Below, piece by piece: positions 9,054 through 19,340 of a stretch of 64,000 nucleotides of DNA. Both the position numbers and the translations under genes were made by a program. Origin of the DNA: Treponemataceae bacterium (lineage in GTDB: Bacteria; Spirochaetota; Spirochaetia; Treponematales; Rectinemataceae); the NCBI GenBank assembly GCA_963667725.2, contig CAXXHO010000003.1, positions 1,984,001 through 2,048,000 of the forward strand, given 5' to 3'. The notes below the pieces were generated by a model. The model saw only the letters and a list, made by a program, of their open reading frames with translations. It ran no database searches and was not told where the DNA came from. Position 1 is the first letter of the stretch. Each line of letters starts with the position of its first letter.

Positions 9054-10714
9054 TACGATGCTATGAAGGTATCGCTGCCGCGGTTGAAATACTTGGTGAC
9101 GATGAACATCGACACGCCCGTCACCACGAGGAGGATGGTCGACATGGCGCTCGCCGTCCCGAAGTAGCCATCGGCGACGGAGAGATAAACCTTGATCGGC
9201 ATCGTCATCGTCTTGCCTACGTAGAGGAGGATCGAAGCGGAGAGCTCGTTCATCGAGGTGACCCAGCTCATGATGGCGCCTGAAATTATGCCCGATTTCA
9301 TCAAGGGGAGCGTGATCGTCCGGAAGGTGCGTCCTGGAGAGGAGCCCAGGTTGATGCCGGCTTCCTCCAGGGCTGGGTCGATCTGCTTCAGGATGGAAGC
9401 GGCCGATCGCACCGAATAGGGGAGTCGCCTGATGAAATAGGTCAGGATGATGATGGTAGCCGTGCCCGCGAGATACAGCGGCTTCCTGTTGAACGCCACG
9501 ATGAAGCCGATGCCGAGCACCGTTCCAGGCACGATATAGGGAATCATGAGGAGAGGATCGAGGATCCTGACGGCCATGTTCCGCTTGCGGGCGATGACGA
9601 AGCCGATCAGGGTTCCCACAAAGGCGATAAGGATAACCGCGACGAAGGAATACACGAAGCTGTTGATCACCGTCTTGCCGACGTCGTAGAAAATCTGCCT
9701 GTAGCTGTCGAGCCCGAAGCCGGGTTTGAAGACGGGTCCTGAGGTATTCCTGAAGGAGTAGAACACGATGACGCCCAGCGGGAGGGTCGAGAATCCCACG
9801 ATGAAATAGCACACGAGGTGGGCCAGGAAGGATTTGATGCCCTTCAGGCTTTTCTGTATCGGGCGGTTGACGAGCATGCTCGCGTACTTGCGGCGCGAGG
9901 ATGCCCAGGTCTGGAGCACGATGACGACGGCGGCGCACATCATGAGGATTATGGAAACCGTCGAGGCCATGCCCGGGCTCTCCCCTACTTCGCTCGTGAA
10001 CATGTTGTAGGCCAGGGTCGGCAGGACTAGGTAGTTTCCGCCGATGATCATGGGGGTGCCGAAGTTCGACAGGGACATCATGAAGACGATGAGGGCTCCT
10101 CCCGTGAGCGAAGGCAGGACAAGCGGGATGGTGACCGAGAAGAATGTCTTGAAGGAGCGTGCCCCCAGGTTTTCCGACGCTTCCTCAAGCGATCGGTCTA
10201 TGGTCATGAGGGAGCCCGCGAGCATCAGGGAGATGAAGGGATAATACTGGAGCGAATCGGCGAGGATGATGCCGATGGGCCCGTATATCTGGGGCAGGTT
10301 GATGCCGATGGAGACGAAAATATTCCTCAGGAAACCGTTTCGTCCCATCATGGTGATCCATGAGTAGGCGCCGATGAAGGTCGGCGACAGGAGGGCGAGA
10401 ACGGAGAGCGTGTTGAGGAGATTCGAGCCCCTGATCTTGTACCTCGTGGTGAAGAAGGCCAGAGGGATGCCCAGCAGGGCCGAGAAGAAGGTGGTGACGA
10501 GGGCGATGAACATGGAATGGCCGAAAGCCCTCATGTAGTATGCCCTGCCGAAGAATTCCTTCCAATTTGAAAGCGACGCCGCTCCCGATTCCTTGTCCAC
10601 AAAACTGTATCTGAAGACATCGAAGAGAGGATAGATGAGGAAGATGACGACGATCGCGAAGCCCGCGAAGGTGATGAGAGACCAGATGTCGGCTTTTTTC
10701 TTACCGAGACTCAT
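9053..10714 (-). CDS. ABC transporter permease, FbpB/AfuB type (two TM modules)
   Basis: Two EAA loops (SLEEASENLGA, ALEEAGINLGSS); start MSLGKKK at 10714. Confidence 0.93.
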   Translation of the reverse strand: MSLGKKKADIWSLITFAGFAIVVIFLIYPLFDVFRYSFVDKESGAASLSNWKEFFGRAYYMRAFGHSMFIALVTTFFSALLGIPLAFFTTRYKIRGSNLLNTLSVLALLSPTFIGAYSWITMMGRNGFLRNIFVSIGINLPQIYGPIGIILADSLQYYPFISLMLAGSLMTIDRSLEEASENLGARSFKTFFSVTIPLVLPSLTGGALIVFMMSLSNFGTPMIIGGNYLVLPTLAYNMFTSEVGESPGMASTVSIILMMCAAVVIVLQTWASSRRKYASMLVNRPIQKSLKGIKSFLAHLVCYFIVGFSTLPLGVIVFYSFRNTSGPVFKPGFGLDSYRQIFYDVGKTVINSFVYSFVAVILIAFVGTLIGFVIARKRNMAVRILDPLLMIPYIVPGTVLGIGFIVAFNRKPLYLAGTATIIILTYFIRRLPYSVRSAASILKQIDPALEEAGINLGSSPGRTFRTITLPLMKSGIISGAIMSWVTSMNELSASILLYVGKTMTMPIKVYLSVADGYFGTASAMSTILLVVTGVSMFIVTKYFNRGSDTFIAS

Positions 10715-11811
10715 CAAAGCCCCCTCGCATCCAGGCGGCGCCCCGATTTCTTGTCGAAGATGAGACAAGCTTCCGTCGGAATCGCGAACTCGACCGTTTC
10801 GCCGATGGCGGGTATGTCGGCCTTCTTCGGCCTGTGGCGCTCGATGACGATGCTCTGGCCCAGGAGATCCAACTCCATGCTCGCCACGGTGCCCAGGAAG
10901 GAGGTAGCCTTCAGGACGCCCGCGAGGCGGTTCGCGTTCGCGTCGCTCGTCGTCTCGACGATATCTTCGGGACGGAAGGCGAGGACGGCCTCGACGCAGC
11001 CTTCGGTGCCGGCCGCGGGCACGGCAAAGACGATGGAACCAGCGGTCGCCTTGCGCATGCCGCCGGGAAGGTTCTCGCCGAGCCGTACATCCAGGGCATT
11101 GATCTTGCCGACGAAGGTGGCGACGAAGAGGTTGACCGGATCCTTGTAGATGTCCCAGGGCATGCCCACCTGCTGGATCTTGCCGAAATTGACGACGGCG
11201 ATTCGGTCGGAAATGACGAGGGCTTCCTCCTGATCGTGGGTGACGTAGACCGCCGTGATGCCCAAAGCCTTCTGCACGGCGCGGATCTCGTCGCGCATCT
11301 CCACGCGGAGCTTGGCGTCCAGGTTGGAAAGGGGTTCGTCGAAGAGAAGGACGCGGGGCTCGATGGCCATGGCGCGGGCTAGTCCCACGCGCTGCTGCTG
11401 GCCGCCCGAGAGCTTGTCGGGCGTTCGCGCCTCGTAGCCGGAGAGATGGACGCTTTTAAGGGCGGCGGCCACCTTCGTCTCGATTTCCTTGGCGGGAAGC
11501 TTGCGGACCTTGAGGCCATAGGCCACATTCTCGAACACTGTCATATGGGGGAAAACGGCATAGTTCTGGAATACCATGCCGGTATTGCGCTTGTATGCCG
11601 GAACATCGTTGATGAGTTCGTCCCCGAGCCAGATATCGCCCTTGTCCTGGCGGTAAAAGCCCGCGATCGTCCTCAGAAGGGTAGTCTTGCCGCAGCCCGA
11701 GGGCCCGAGAAGGGTGAAGAATTCCCCTTCCTTGATCTCAAGATTGATATCCGAAAGGGCGAGAAGGTCGCCGAATCGCTTTTCCACGCCGGAAATTTTT
11801 ATAGAAGTCAT
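10714..11811 (-). CDS. ABC transporter ATP-binding protein, FbpC/PotA type
   Basis: GPSGCGKTT, LSGGQQQR and DEPLSNLD motifs; C-terminal TOBE-like domain. Confidence 0.95.
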   Translation of the reverse strand: MTSIKISGVEKRFGDLLALSDINLEIKEGEFFTLLGPSGCGKTTLLRTIAGFYRQDKGDIWLGDELINDVPAYKRNTGMVFQNYAVFPHMTVFENVAYGLKVRKLPAKEIETKVAAALKSVHLSGYEARTPDKLSGGQQQRVGLARAMAIEPRVLLFDEPLSNLDAKLRVEMRDEIRAVQKALGITAVYVTHDQEEALVISDRIAVVNFGKIQQVGMPWDIYKDPVNLFVATFVGKINALDVRLGENLPGGMRKATAGSIVFAVPAAGTEGCVEAVLAFRPEDIVETTSDANANRLAGVLKATSFLGTVASMELDLLGQSIVIERHRPKKADIPAIGETVEFAIPTEACLIFDKKSGRRLDARGL

Positions 11812-11860
11812 CGAAAACCTCATAAATGAAGGATATGTGTATCTATCTATATATTATGGG

Positions 11861-11895
11861 AAAAGCCTGGGAAATTTACAAGTCTCCCAGGCTTT
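11861..11895 (-). terminator. Stem-loop after binding-protein copy 1 (terminator or mRNA stabiliser)
   Basis: AAAGCCTGGGA ... TCCCAGGCTTT inverted repeat. Confidence 0.7.
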
Positions 11896-11908
11896 GACAG
11901 GAATGCGG

Positions 11909-12880
11909 CTAGAGGCCGAGGTCCATCTTGATTTCGGTGAATTTCTTGACGAATTCGGTCTTGCTCTTGGCGGCCCAGCCGAAGTCATAGGGAATGCCCT
12001 TGATCTCGGTCATGGCGGGCAGTCCCTTCGGGCTCGCCACGTCGGTGCGTACCGGCCTGCGCTTCATCGCGTTCACCAGGTACTCCTGTACCGGCTTGGA
12101 CAGGCACCAGTCGGTGAAGATCTTCGCGTTCGCGAGATTCGGCGCTCCCTTGAGAATCGCCATGCCGTCAGGCGCCGCTACCGTGCCGTCCGTCGGGTAG
12201 ACGATCGCCACCGGGCCGCCGCCTTCAACATACCTGAAGGCGTTGTCTTCCAGGGTGAGACCCACCGCCTGCTCGCCATCGTTGACGAACTTGGGAACGG
12301 CGCCGGAAGAGGTGGAAATCACCATGTTCTTCATGATGCCCTTATACACGTCCCAGCCCTTGTCGCCATAGATGGCGATCACGTTGGCCAGCTGCATGTA
12401 GGCCGAGCCGGACTTGTCGGCGGGAGCCGAGGAGATGAGCTTCTTGAAGCGAGCGTCGGTCAGGTCCGTCCACTTCTGGGGATACTGGGCCGGCTTGAGC
12501 ATCTTCGTGTTGACGACGAAGACGTTCATGATGCCGGTGTAGGGAAGCCAGTTGGTGCCGACCTTGTAGACGGGAACGATCTTGTCCCAATCCTTGGGGA
12601 TATAGGACTGAAGGATCTGGTTCTCGGCTTCCAGCTGCTCGCCGCCGATGGACCAGATGATATCGGCCTGGGGATTGGCCGCTTCGGCCTTCGCCCTCTT
12701 GATGACATCGCCAGAGGCGAGCTTGACGTAATTGACCTTGATCCCGGTTTCCTTCTCGAACATCGGAACCAGGGCGTTGATGATGGATTCCTCGTGGGCG
12801 GTGTAGACCACCACTTCGCCGGCTCCGAATGCGGAAGCCGCGGCGAGAACACAGAACAGCGCCAGTAAAAGACGTTTCAT
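11909..12880 (-). CDS. ABC substrate-binding protein, FbpA/AfuA family (copy 1)
   Basis: Signal peptide; VVVYTA, EAANPQADIIW, PADKSGSA, YPTDGT...DGMAILKGAPN motifs. Confidence 0.92.
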   Translation of the reverse strand: MKRLLLALFCVLAAASAFGAGEVVVYTAHEESIINALVPMFEKETGIKVNYVKLASGDVIKRAKAEAANPQADIIWSIGGEQLEAENQILQSYIPKDWDKIVPVYKVGTNWLPYTGIMNVFVVNTKMLKPAQYPQKWTDLTDARFKKLISSAPADKSGSAYMQLANVIAIYGDKGWDVYKGIMKNMVISTSSGAVPKFVNDGEQAVGLTLEDNAFRYVEGGGPVAIVYPTDGTVAAPDGMAILKGAPNLANAKIFTDWCLSKPVQEYLVNAMKRRPVRTDVASPKGLPAMTEIKGIPYDFGWAAKSKTEFVKKFTEIKMDLGL

Positions 12881-12972
12881 AGAACCTCCCTATATGAATT
12901 GAGGCCAGCATGGTTTGATATCACGCTGGACCTGAAAGCCAGGGACGCGAGCGCCTCTGGCTTATTGACGTT

Positions 12973-14454
12973 TTATTTCGCCACGACAAATATTCCGTTG
13001 CCGTCCGATCGCTCTTTTCCGTAATCGGTAGCGCCCCAGCCGGCCGTGAAAGTCGCGGAGGGAGTGTTATAGACCGTATAGGTTCCATCGACGCCGGTTC
13101 CCGTGATCATCGTCGAGGATCTACCTCCATCCATATTGATCGCCTCTACGGCGCCGAGATCCAGAGCGAACTGGGCAAGCTCAGGTATCGTGGCGCCGGC
13201 GCTGATACCGGTTTGCCTGCCGTCCACGACCATGAAAAAGTAGCTGCCGTCGGCCCTATACCCAATTGCGGTGCGAGGATTATCGCCGTACCAGGAAGAG
13301 TACTCTTCATAGGCGCTATAGTCGGTAGTCGCGAGCGTACTCACGAGCGTTCCGTCGGCTTTCGCGAGCGACCCGCCCTGGACAAGGAGAGGTCCGCCGT
13401 CAGGCCGGCCGCCGCCGACGCTTTCCACCACATCGGCCCATTCGGCATCGACAGTAACGCTGATCCTGATCGTATCGCCGACGGCGAGATCGGAGAGAGC
13501 CGTCACCCCGTCGCCAGAGGAACCGGAAAGAACCATTGTTCCCGCCGCCAGGGGGGCATCGCCGGCGGTGGAGATGTCGGTGACCGTTCCGTTGATCACG
13601 CCATTGGATCTCACCGTGTCGCTTGTGCTGAACGTCACGTCGATGCCGTTGGCGACCGTCTTGGTCGAGGCTGCATAATCGGGCGTATAGAGCACTATCG
13701 TGTTATCCAAGCGTTCCCTTTTTAGATTGGCGGGGTTCGTATTCGCCGCGAGGATATCGGCGCGAGGCTGGTTCAGGATGCTGATGACCGTGTCGTCATG
13801 ATCCTGAGCGGCCCCGGTAAAGGAATCGAAGGCCATCGTTACGTTCGGCTGGCTAATCACCGGACTGCTGTCAGCCTTGATTCCGAATGCCCAGCCCTTG
13901 TGTTTGGTATAGGTATTCGCGCCGCTTGTATAGGTCCCCTCAACGCCGAATTCGCCCGTCGTAAGCCATCGTCCTTCGGACATCGTATAGCCGCCAACGC
14001 CGCCGGTCACTTCGATAATGTCGAAAAAATCGGCGTTGATGCCGCCTAGAACGGTAAGGTTGGTCGTCGTGTCGATGGTGTTGGCCATCTGAGCGACGGT
14101 CGCCAAACCGTTGACATAGCCGTTCGGCCTCCCGACCCTGAGCGTCATGTTGGCGTTCTTGCTCGGATCCACGTCAATAACGTAGAGCTTGTTCAGCTTG
14201 GAATCCGCCGTCTTCGTGAGTGAATACTTAGACTGCGTCACGCCATCGGCGAGCACGGCCCCGGACTTTCCGTCCTCGGTGTAGGTGTATTCGCTGAAGT
14301 TATAGTACTTGACCTCGGTGACCGTCGTCGTCGTCGTCGTCGCTGTCGGCGGGTTGATGAACGAAAACAGATCGGCGCAGCTCGTGAGTCCCAACAGGGC
14401 CACGAGCGTCAGGACGGCGATCGCCTGCCAAACCCCTTTCCCTTCACGTTTCAT
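12973..14454 (-). CDS. Phosphodiester glycosidase (NAGPA/DUF2233) family lipoprotein
   Basis: GGINADFF, NPRTAIG, VVDGRQ and AINMDGGRSS motifs; lipobox LTSC and a poly-Thr linker. Confidence 0.85.
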   Translation of the reverse strand: MKREGKGVWQAIAVLTLVALLGLTSCADLFSFINPPTATTTTTTVTEVKYYNFSEYTYTEDGKSGAVLADGVTQSKYSLTKTADSKLNKLYVIDVDPSKNANMTLRVGRPNGYVNGLATVAQMANTIDTTTNLTVLGGINADFFDIIEVTGGVGGYTMSEGRWLTTGEFGVEGTYTSGANTYTKHKGWAFGIKADSSPVISQPNVTMAFDSFTGAAQDHDDTVISILNQPRADILAANTNPANLKRERLDNTIVLYTPDYAASTKTVANGIDVTFSTSDTVRSNGVINGTVTDISTAGDAPLAAGTMVLSGSSGDGVTALSDLAVGDTIRISVTVDAEWADVVESVGGGRPDGGPLLVQGGSLAKADGTLVSTLATTDYSAYEEYSSWYGDNPRTAIGYRADGSYFFMVVDGRQTGISAGATIPELAQFALDLGAVEAINMDGGRSSTMITGTGVDGTYTVYNTPSATFTAGWGATDYGKERSDGNGIFVVAK

Positions 14455-14590
14455 AGAAACCTCCTTATTCTTCCGGAGCCAGCGCACTGTTCGATGCGCC
14501 TCCTCCTCGGCCCTGGGGCGGCATGCCTACGCAGCCGGTCGCCAAAAGCCTTCCATCTTTTATCCAGCCGATTCGGCAGGCCCACAACAT

Positions 14591-14620
14591 GACGATTCTG
14601 ACAAAATGTGGACAATTCTG
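14591..14620. promoter_or_regulatory. Direct repeat, candidate binding site for the AraC-type response regulator
   Basis: GACGATTCTG and GACAATTCTG at 20-bp period, in the divergent intergenic region. Confidence 0.45.
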
Positions 14621-14741
14621 CGTTTCTCCCGCTCCTGGCGGGATTCCGGCCATTAAATGATTTGCATGGGCTGACGGAGGGGATTATGATGTTCACCGAC
14701 ATGAGGTATCGCCGCGAAATTGGCCGAAGAAGATTCCGATC

Positions 14742-16544
14742 ATGAAATTCCGAAAAGGGTCTTTCTTCGGCAGACTTCTCACCGCCTTCTTCCTGGGAGG
14801 GTTTATCCCCTTCCTCTGCCTCTCCATGCTTTTTGTTTTCATGACGAGGCGAGTGCTCGAGCGAACCTATGGAGATCGAGCGGCCGAGGCGGTGGAGATG
14901 TCGGCCCAAATGTTCCGTTCCCTGCTCTCCGATACAGCCAAGACCGCCCACGCGCTCGCGGCGGAACCGGCGGTGATAGCGTATTGCCAAGGAACATCGA
15001 GAGATTCAGCGATCATATCCGATGTCAACAGACTTCTGGCATCGGTAACCGGCGGCTCAGGCATCCTGCCCTACGTGATTCCCGCCGATGGAGCGGCCCC
15101 GCTATTCCGTACCGCACTCCCCGAAGAGTATGTCCTGTCGAGCCACGGAGGATGGGGCATCCTCGGGGAACTATCGCGCAGCCTCGACCCTGAATCCACG
15201 CTGTATTTCGCTCAGCCCCATCCTCTCGGAGAAAGACTTGTCCCGATCGCCATCGGCACTATCGTAGAGGGCAAAGACGGGAAGATAGGATACCTCATTT
15301 TCGATATAGAGCATAAACTTATCGAGGAGAAAGTGGGGCTCGCGGCCAAATCGGGAGGAGCGCTGACGGAACTCATCTTCATCGACAGGACGGACTGTGT
15401 CATCTACGATATGGCAGACTCGCGCAAGGAAGCCTCATTCTTCGACCCTGAGTCCGTCGCGCAGAAGCAGTATTTCGCGCCGAGAAAGACGGTAGCCATG
15501 GGCATCGACGCGCTGGGGTTTTTCCCGAGAAAAGCAGTGCAGGATTATGCCCAACGCATAATCGCCATGGCTTTAGGCGTCGCGTCAGTCAGCGCCTTCA
15601 TCTTTTTCGCCGTCGCGCTCTGGCTCGCGAAAACCACATCGCGCCCTATCCACCTTCTCACGCTCACCATGAAGGATGTCGCGAATGGAAGGCTGGATGT
15701 ATCATGCCCAGAGGTGGCGAAAGCGAGCAAGGATGACGAAGTAGCCACGCTCATCCTCCAGTTCAACAAGATGATAGCGCGCGTGAACGAGTTGGTGGAC
15801 AGCAAGGTCGAACAGGAGCGCAACCAGCGTTTTGCCGAACTGAAGGCTCTCCAAGCCCAGATAAATCCCCATTTCATCTACAACACCCTCAACTCGATAC
15901 GCTCAGTCGCCAAGCTCAAGGGCGACAGCGAGCTGGCCTACATCTCGACGAGCCTCGCCCGTATCCTGCGCGAGGGTTCGGGGTCGGGCTCCAATTACTG
16001 TAGCCTCGGACACAGCATAAATCTGGCGAAGGACTATTTCGCGATCGAGGACTGGCGCTGGCCGGGACGGTTCAGGCTGGAGCTGTCCATCGAACCGGCT
16101 CTCCTCGAAGCGAAGATACCCCGCCTCATCGTGCAACCCCTCGTCGAGAACGCTCTCTCGCACGGTCTCGAGGGAAAGTCGGGCCACGGAACCTTGAAGA
16201 TAGAGGCGAAGCTCGACGGCGGGGATCTCTCCATCGTAATCGCTGACGATGGGATAGGCATCGATGGGGAAAAACTCGCGTCTATAAAGAAAAACCTCGC
16301 CAAGGCCGAACAGGGCGCCCTGGACTTTTCGGTCGATCTGGCGCAGGAGAGTCCCGCCGCCCTGAAAACGATCAGCGAGCGAAACGGAGGCAGCGGGATA
16401 GGTCTCCTCAACACTCACCGCCGACTGTGCCTTATCTATGGCAAAGGCTACGGCTTGACCATCCTCTCCGCCGCCGGAGCGGGCACGACCGTGACGCTTC
16501 GCCTCCCCTATTCCCCCGAAGGAGGGGAGCCTTGCTCAAGGTAA
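14742..16544 (+). CDS. Sensor histidine kinase, YesM/LytS family with HAMP domain
   Basis: Two TM helices, HAMP, ALQAQINPHFIYNTLN, QPLVENA..HG, DDGIG, GIGL motifs. Confidence 0.95.
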   Translation: MKFRKGSFFGRLLTAFFLGGFIPFLCLSMLFVFMTRRVLERTYGDRAAEAVEMSAQMFRSLLSDTAKTAHALAAEPAVIAYCQGTSRDSAIISDVNRLLASVTGGSGILPYVIPADGAAPLFRTALPEEYVLSSHGGWGILGELSRSLDPESTLYFAQPHPLGERLVPIAIGTIVEGKDGKIGYLIFDIEHKLIEEKVGLAAKSGGALTELIFIDRTDCVIYDMADSRKEASFFDPESVAQKQYFAPRKTVAMGIDALGFFPRKAVQDYAQRIIAMALGVASVSAFIFFAVALWLAKTTSRPIHLLTLTMKDVANGRLDVSCPEVAKASKDDEVATLILQFNKMIARVNELVDSKVEQERNQRFAELKALQAQINPHFIYNTLNSIRSVAKLKGDSELAYISTSLARILREGSGSGSNYCSLGHSINLAKDYFAIEDWRWPGRFRLELSIEPALLEAKIPRLIVQPLVENALSHGLEGKSGHGTLKIEAKLDGGDLSIVIADDGIGIDGEKLASIKKNLAKAEQGALDFSVDLAQESPAALKTISERNGGSGIGLLNTHRRLCLIYGKGYGLTILSAAGAGTTVTLRLPYSPEGGEPCSR

Positions 16545-17350
16545 TCGTCCTGGAGGACGAACCGGCCGCCCGACGCGAGCTCGTCCTTCTCACTCCCTGG
16601 GATAAGTATGGGATGGTCTGCGCGGGCGAGGCCGCCGACGGCGCCGAAGGCCTCGCCCTCGTTGAGGCTAAAGCCCCTGACATCATCGTCACCGACATAC
16701 GAATGCCTGGGATGGACGGCCTCTCCTTCATCGAGACGCTGGTCAAGAACGCGGCCGAGAAGGCCGCGGCAGCCCCGGAAGTCATCATTCTCTCCGGCTA
16801 CTCGGAGTTCGAGTACGCGCGACGCGCCATGCGATTCGGTGTCGACGAGTACCTCCTGAAACCTGTCGAGGATGACGCGCTGGAAGCGTCGCTCCTTAGA
16901 AAAGCCGCAAAAATACGAGCCCGTTCCCCGCACCACAAGGCGGAACTTCTATTCTTCGCCGAAAGCGAGCGGAAACAGTTCGATGAGGAATGCCTGAGCT
17001 ATGTGGACGAAGCGATCCGTATCATCGGCGAACGCTATATTCAGGGAATTTCGATCGAGGAAGCGGCGGGAGAACTGGGGCTCTCGGCAGGGCACTTGAG
17101 CAGGATATTCAAAAGGGGAACCGGCTACACCTTTGTAGACTACCTCACCCACGTGCGCATAAAGCGGGCAATGGAACTTCTGAGGGATCCAGGGGTCAAG
17201 GTGTATGAAGCAGCCGATCTGGTCGGCTACCTGGACGCCCGCTATTTTGCCCAGGTGTTCAAGAAAATCGCGGGCGTAACGCCGCGCGAGTTCAAGGATG
17301 GAATCGTGAGTATTCCTGCGTCCAGCGAGAAAGGATTTGAGTTCGTTTAG
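16532..17350 (+). CDS. Response regulator, YesN family (REC + AraC HTH)
   Basis: PDIIVTDIRMPGMDG, YLLKPV, C-terminal AraC HTH. TTG start after GGAGG. Confidence 0.94.
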   Translation: MLKVIVLEDEPAARRELVLLTPWDKYGMVCAGEAADGAEGLALVEAKAPDIIVTDIRMPGMDGLSFIETLVKNAAEKAAAAPEVIILSGYSEFEYARRAMRFGVDEYLLKPVEDDALEASLLRKAAKIRARSPHHKAELLFFAESERKQFDEECLSYVDEAIRIIGERYIQGISIEEAAGELGLSAGHLSRIFKRGTGYTFVDYLTHVRIKRAMELLRDPGVKVYEAADLVGYLDARYFAQVFKKIAGVTPREFKDGIVSIPASSEKGFEFV

Positions 17351-18350
17351 CCGCGGACTCGGCTATCGGATAGTCGATGATGTTCAGGTCGGCCAGGCCA
17401 GTCTGGTAAGAGGGAATATCCGTGCGTACGCTACGCCTGAACCATTTGCTCATCAAGATTGACTGAACGTCTCGCCCCAACACAAAGTCGATGAACCGCT
17501 TCGCCTCATCAGGATGGGGCGCGTCTTTGAGGAGGGCAATTCCATCGGGCACGGCGCTTGTTCCCTCGGTCGGGTAGCAGAAATCTATATCTTTTCCCGC
17601 CATCTTCAGCGAAAGGGCGGAATTCTCGAAGGTAACGCCCGCATAAAAGGCGCCCTCGGAGACCGATTTGTATACGGCCGTCGAGCTTGCTATCAAGCCC
17701 ACTGTACCGAGCTGGGACATGAATCGGCGGACAAAAGGCCATCCCTCCCCTTCGGGAGCTCCTGGCTCAGCCATCGTTTGAAGTATGGTGACCAGGCTTG
17801 TAAACCCCGAGCCCGTGGTGACAGGATTGGCGAAGAGCAGATGATCGCGGAAATATGGATCGAGAAGCCTTGACCAGGAGTTGGGAATAAAGTCGCGGGA
17901 AACGAGCTTTGTGTTATAGATGATGACTATAGGCAAGACTGAAAAAGGCGACCAGAGCCGATGGGAAGAAATATAGTCGCTCTCGATAGCCCCTTGCTCT
18001 GAACTTGTGTACTCCTGGAAAAGATCGGTTATCGTCTCAAGAGACTCTATTCCGCCTCCCCAGAAAAGATCGGCCTTCTGCGTATTGGTGGGATTTCGAA
18101 GCTTGGCGATGAGATTGCCTGTGCCGCCGGTGACGACTTCGACCTTGATTCCCGTGCGTTGCCTGAATTCCCGCACTATGTACTCGGTCATATCGACTGG
18201 GTGAGGGGAAAAGATGACAAGTTCAGAGGAATCATCCAGACTGTCGTTTTTCGCCGGCAACACAAGGAGGAAGACAGCGGCCGCGACCGAGAGTGCGAGC
18301 AGCGAAACCACGGCGCCTAGCAAGCGCGTTTTTCTATTGATGGACAGCAT
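17292..18350 (-). CDS. Membrane-anchored extracellular solute-binding protein, FbpA/AfuA/HptA-like
   Basis: IFSPHP, ADLFWGGG, NPVTTGSG, YPTEGTSAVPDGIAL motifs; N-terminal hydrophobic anchor. Confidence 0.88.
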   Translation of the reverse strand: MLSINRKTRLLGAVVSLLALSVAAAVFLLVLPAKNDSLDDSSELVIFSPHPVDMTEYIVREFRQRTGIKVEVVTGGTGNLIAKLRNPTNTQKADLFWGGGIESLETITDLFQEYTSSEQGAIESDYISSHRLWSPFSVLPIVIIYNTKLVSRDFIPNSWSRLLDPYFRDHLLFANPVTTGSGFTSLVTILQTMAEPGAPEGEGWPFVRRFMSQLGTVGLIASSTAVYKSVSEGAFYAGVTFENSALSLKMAGKDIDFCYPTEGTSAVPDGIALLKDAPHPDEAKRFIDFVLGRDVQSILMSKWFRRSVRTDIPSYQTGLADLNIIDYPIAESAAKRTQILSRWTQEYSRFHP

Positions 18351-18383
18351 TGCCGATACAGTATAGCCCCGTTTTCCCAGTAT

Positions 18384-18415
18384 AAAAAAGCCCGAAGACA
18401 GAAGGTCTTCGGGCT
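18384..18415 (-). terminator. Intrinsic terminator after binding-protein copy 2
   Basis: Minus strand AGCCCGAAGAC-CTTCT-GTCTTCGGGC followed by a T run. Confidence 0.8.
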
Positions 18416-18436
18416 AATCGCGCGGAAAATGAAGTT

Positions 18437-19340
18437 TTAGAGGCCGAGGTCCATCTTGATTTCGGTGAATTTCTTGACGAATTCGGTCTTGCTCTTGGCG
18501 GCCCAACCGAAGTCATAGGGAATGCCCTTGATCTCGGTCATGGCGGGCAGACCTTTCGGGCTCGCCACGTCGGTGCGCACCGGCCTGCGTTTCATCGCGT
18601 TCACCAGGTACTCCTGAACCGGCTTCGACAGGCACCAGTCGGTGAAGATCTTCGCGTTCGCGAGATTCGGCGCTCCCTTGAGAATCGCCATGCCGTCGGG
18701 CGCCGCTACCGTGCCGTCCATCGGATAGACGATGGCCACCGGGCCGCCGCCTTCAACATACCTGAAGGCGTTGTCTTCCAGGGTGAGACCCACCGCCTGC
18801 TCGCCGTCGTTGACGAACTTGGGAACGGCGCCGGAAGAGGTAGAGATCACCATGTTCTTCATGATGCCCTTATAGACGTCCCAGCCCTTGTCGCCGTAGA
18901 TGGCGATGACGTTGGCCAGCTGCATGTAGGCCGAGCCGGACTTGTCGGCGGGAGCCGAGGAGATGAGCTTCTTGAAGCGAGCGTCGGTCAGGTCCGTCCA
19001 CTTCTGGGGATACTGGGCAGGCTTGAGCATCTTCGTGTTGACGACGAAGACGTTCATGATGCCGGTGTAGGGAAGCCAGTTGGTGCCGACCTTGTAGACG
19101 GGAACGATCTTGTCCCAATCCTTGGGGATATAGGACTGAAGGATCTGGTTCTCGGCTTCCAGCTGCTCGCCGCCGATGGACCAGATGATATCGGCCTGGG
19201 GATTGGCCGCTTCGGCCTTCGCCCTCTTGATGACATCACCAGAGGCGAGCTTGACGTAATTGACCTTGATCCCGGTTTCCTTCTCGAACATCGGAACCAG
19301 GGCGTTGATGATGGATTCCTCATGGGCCGTGTAGACCACT
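18437..19340. repeat. ~0.9 kb near-identical direct repeat of 11909-12812
   Basis: Base-by-base comparison shows only scattered, almost all synonymous mismatches. Confidence 0.95.

Noticed and set aside
9054..9938. Long Arg-rich N-terminal extension on the histidine phosphatase ORF
   Set aside because: Alternative frame of the permease gene; the real start is the TAATG-coupled ATG at 9053.
14323..14343. (CGT)n trinucleotide run as a phase-variation switch
   Set aside because: It encodes an in-frame poly-Thr linker; length changes would not shift the frame.
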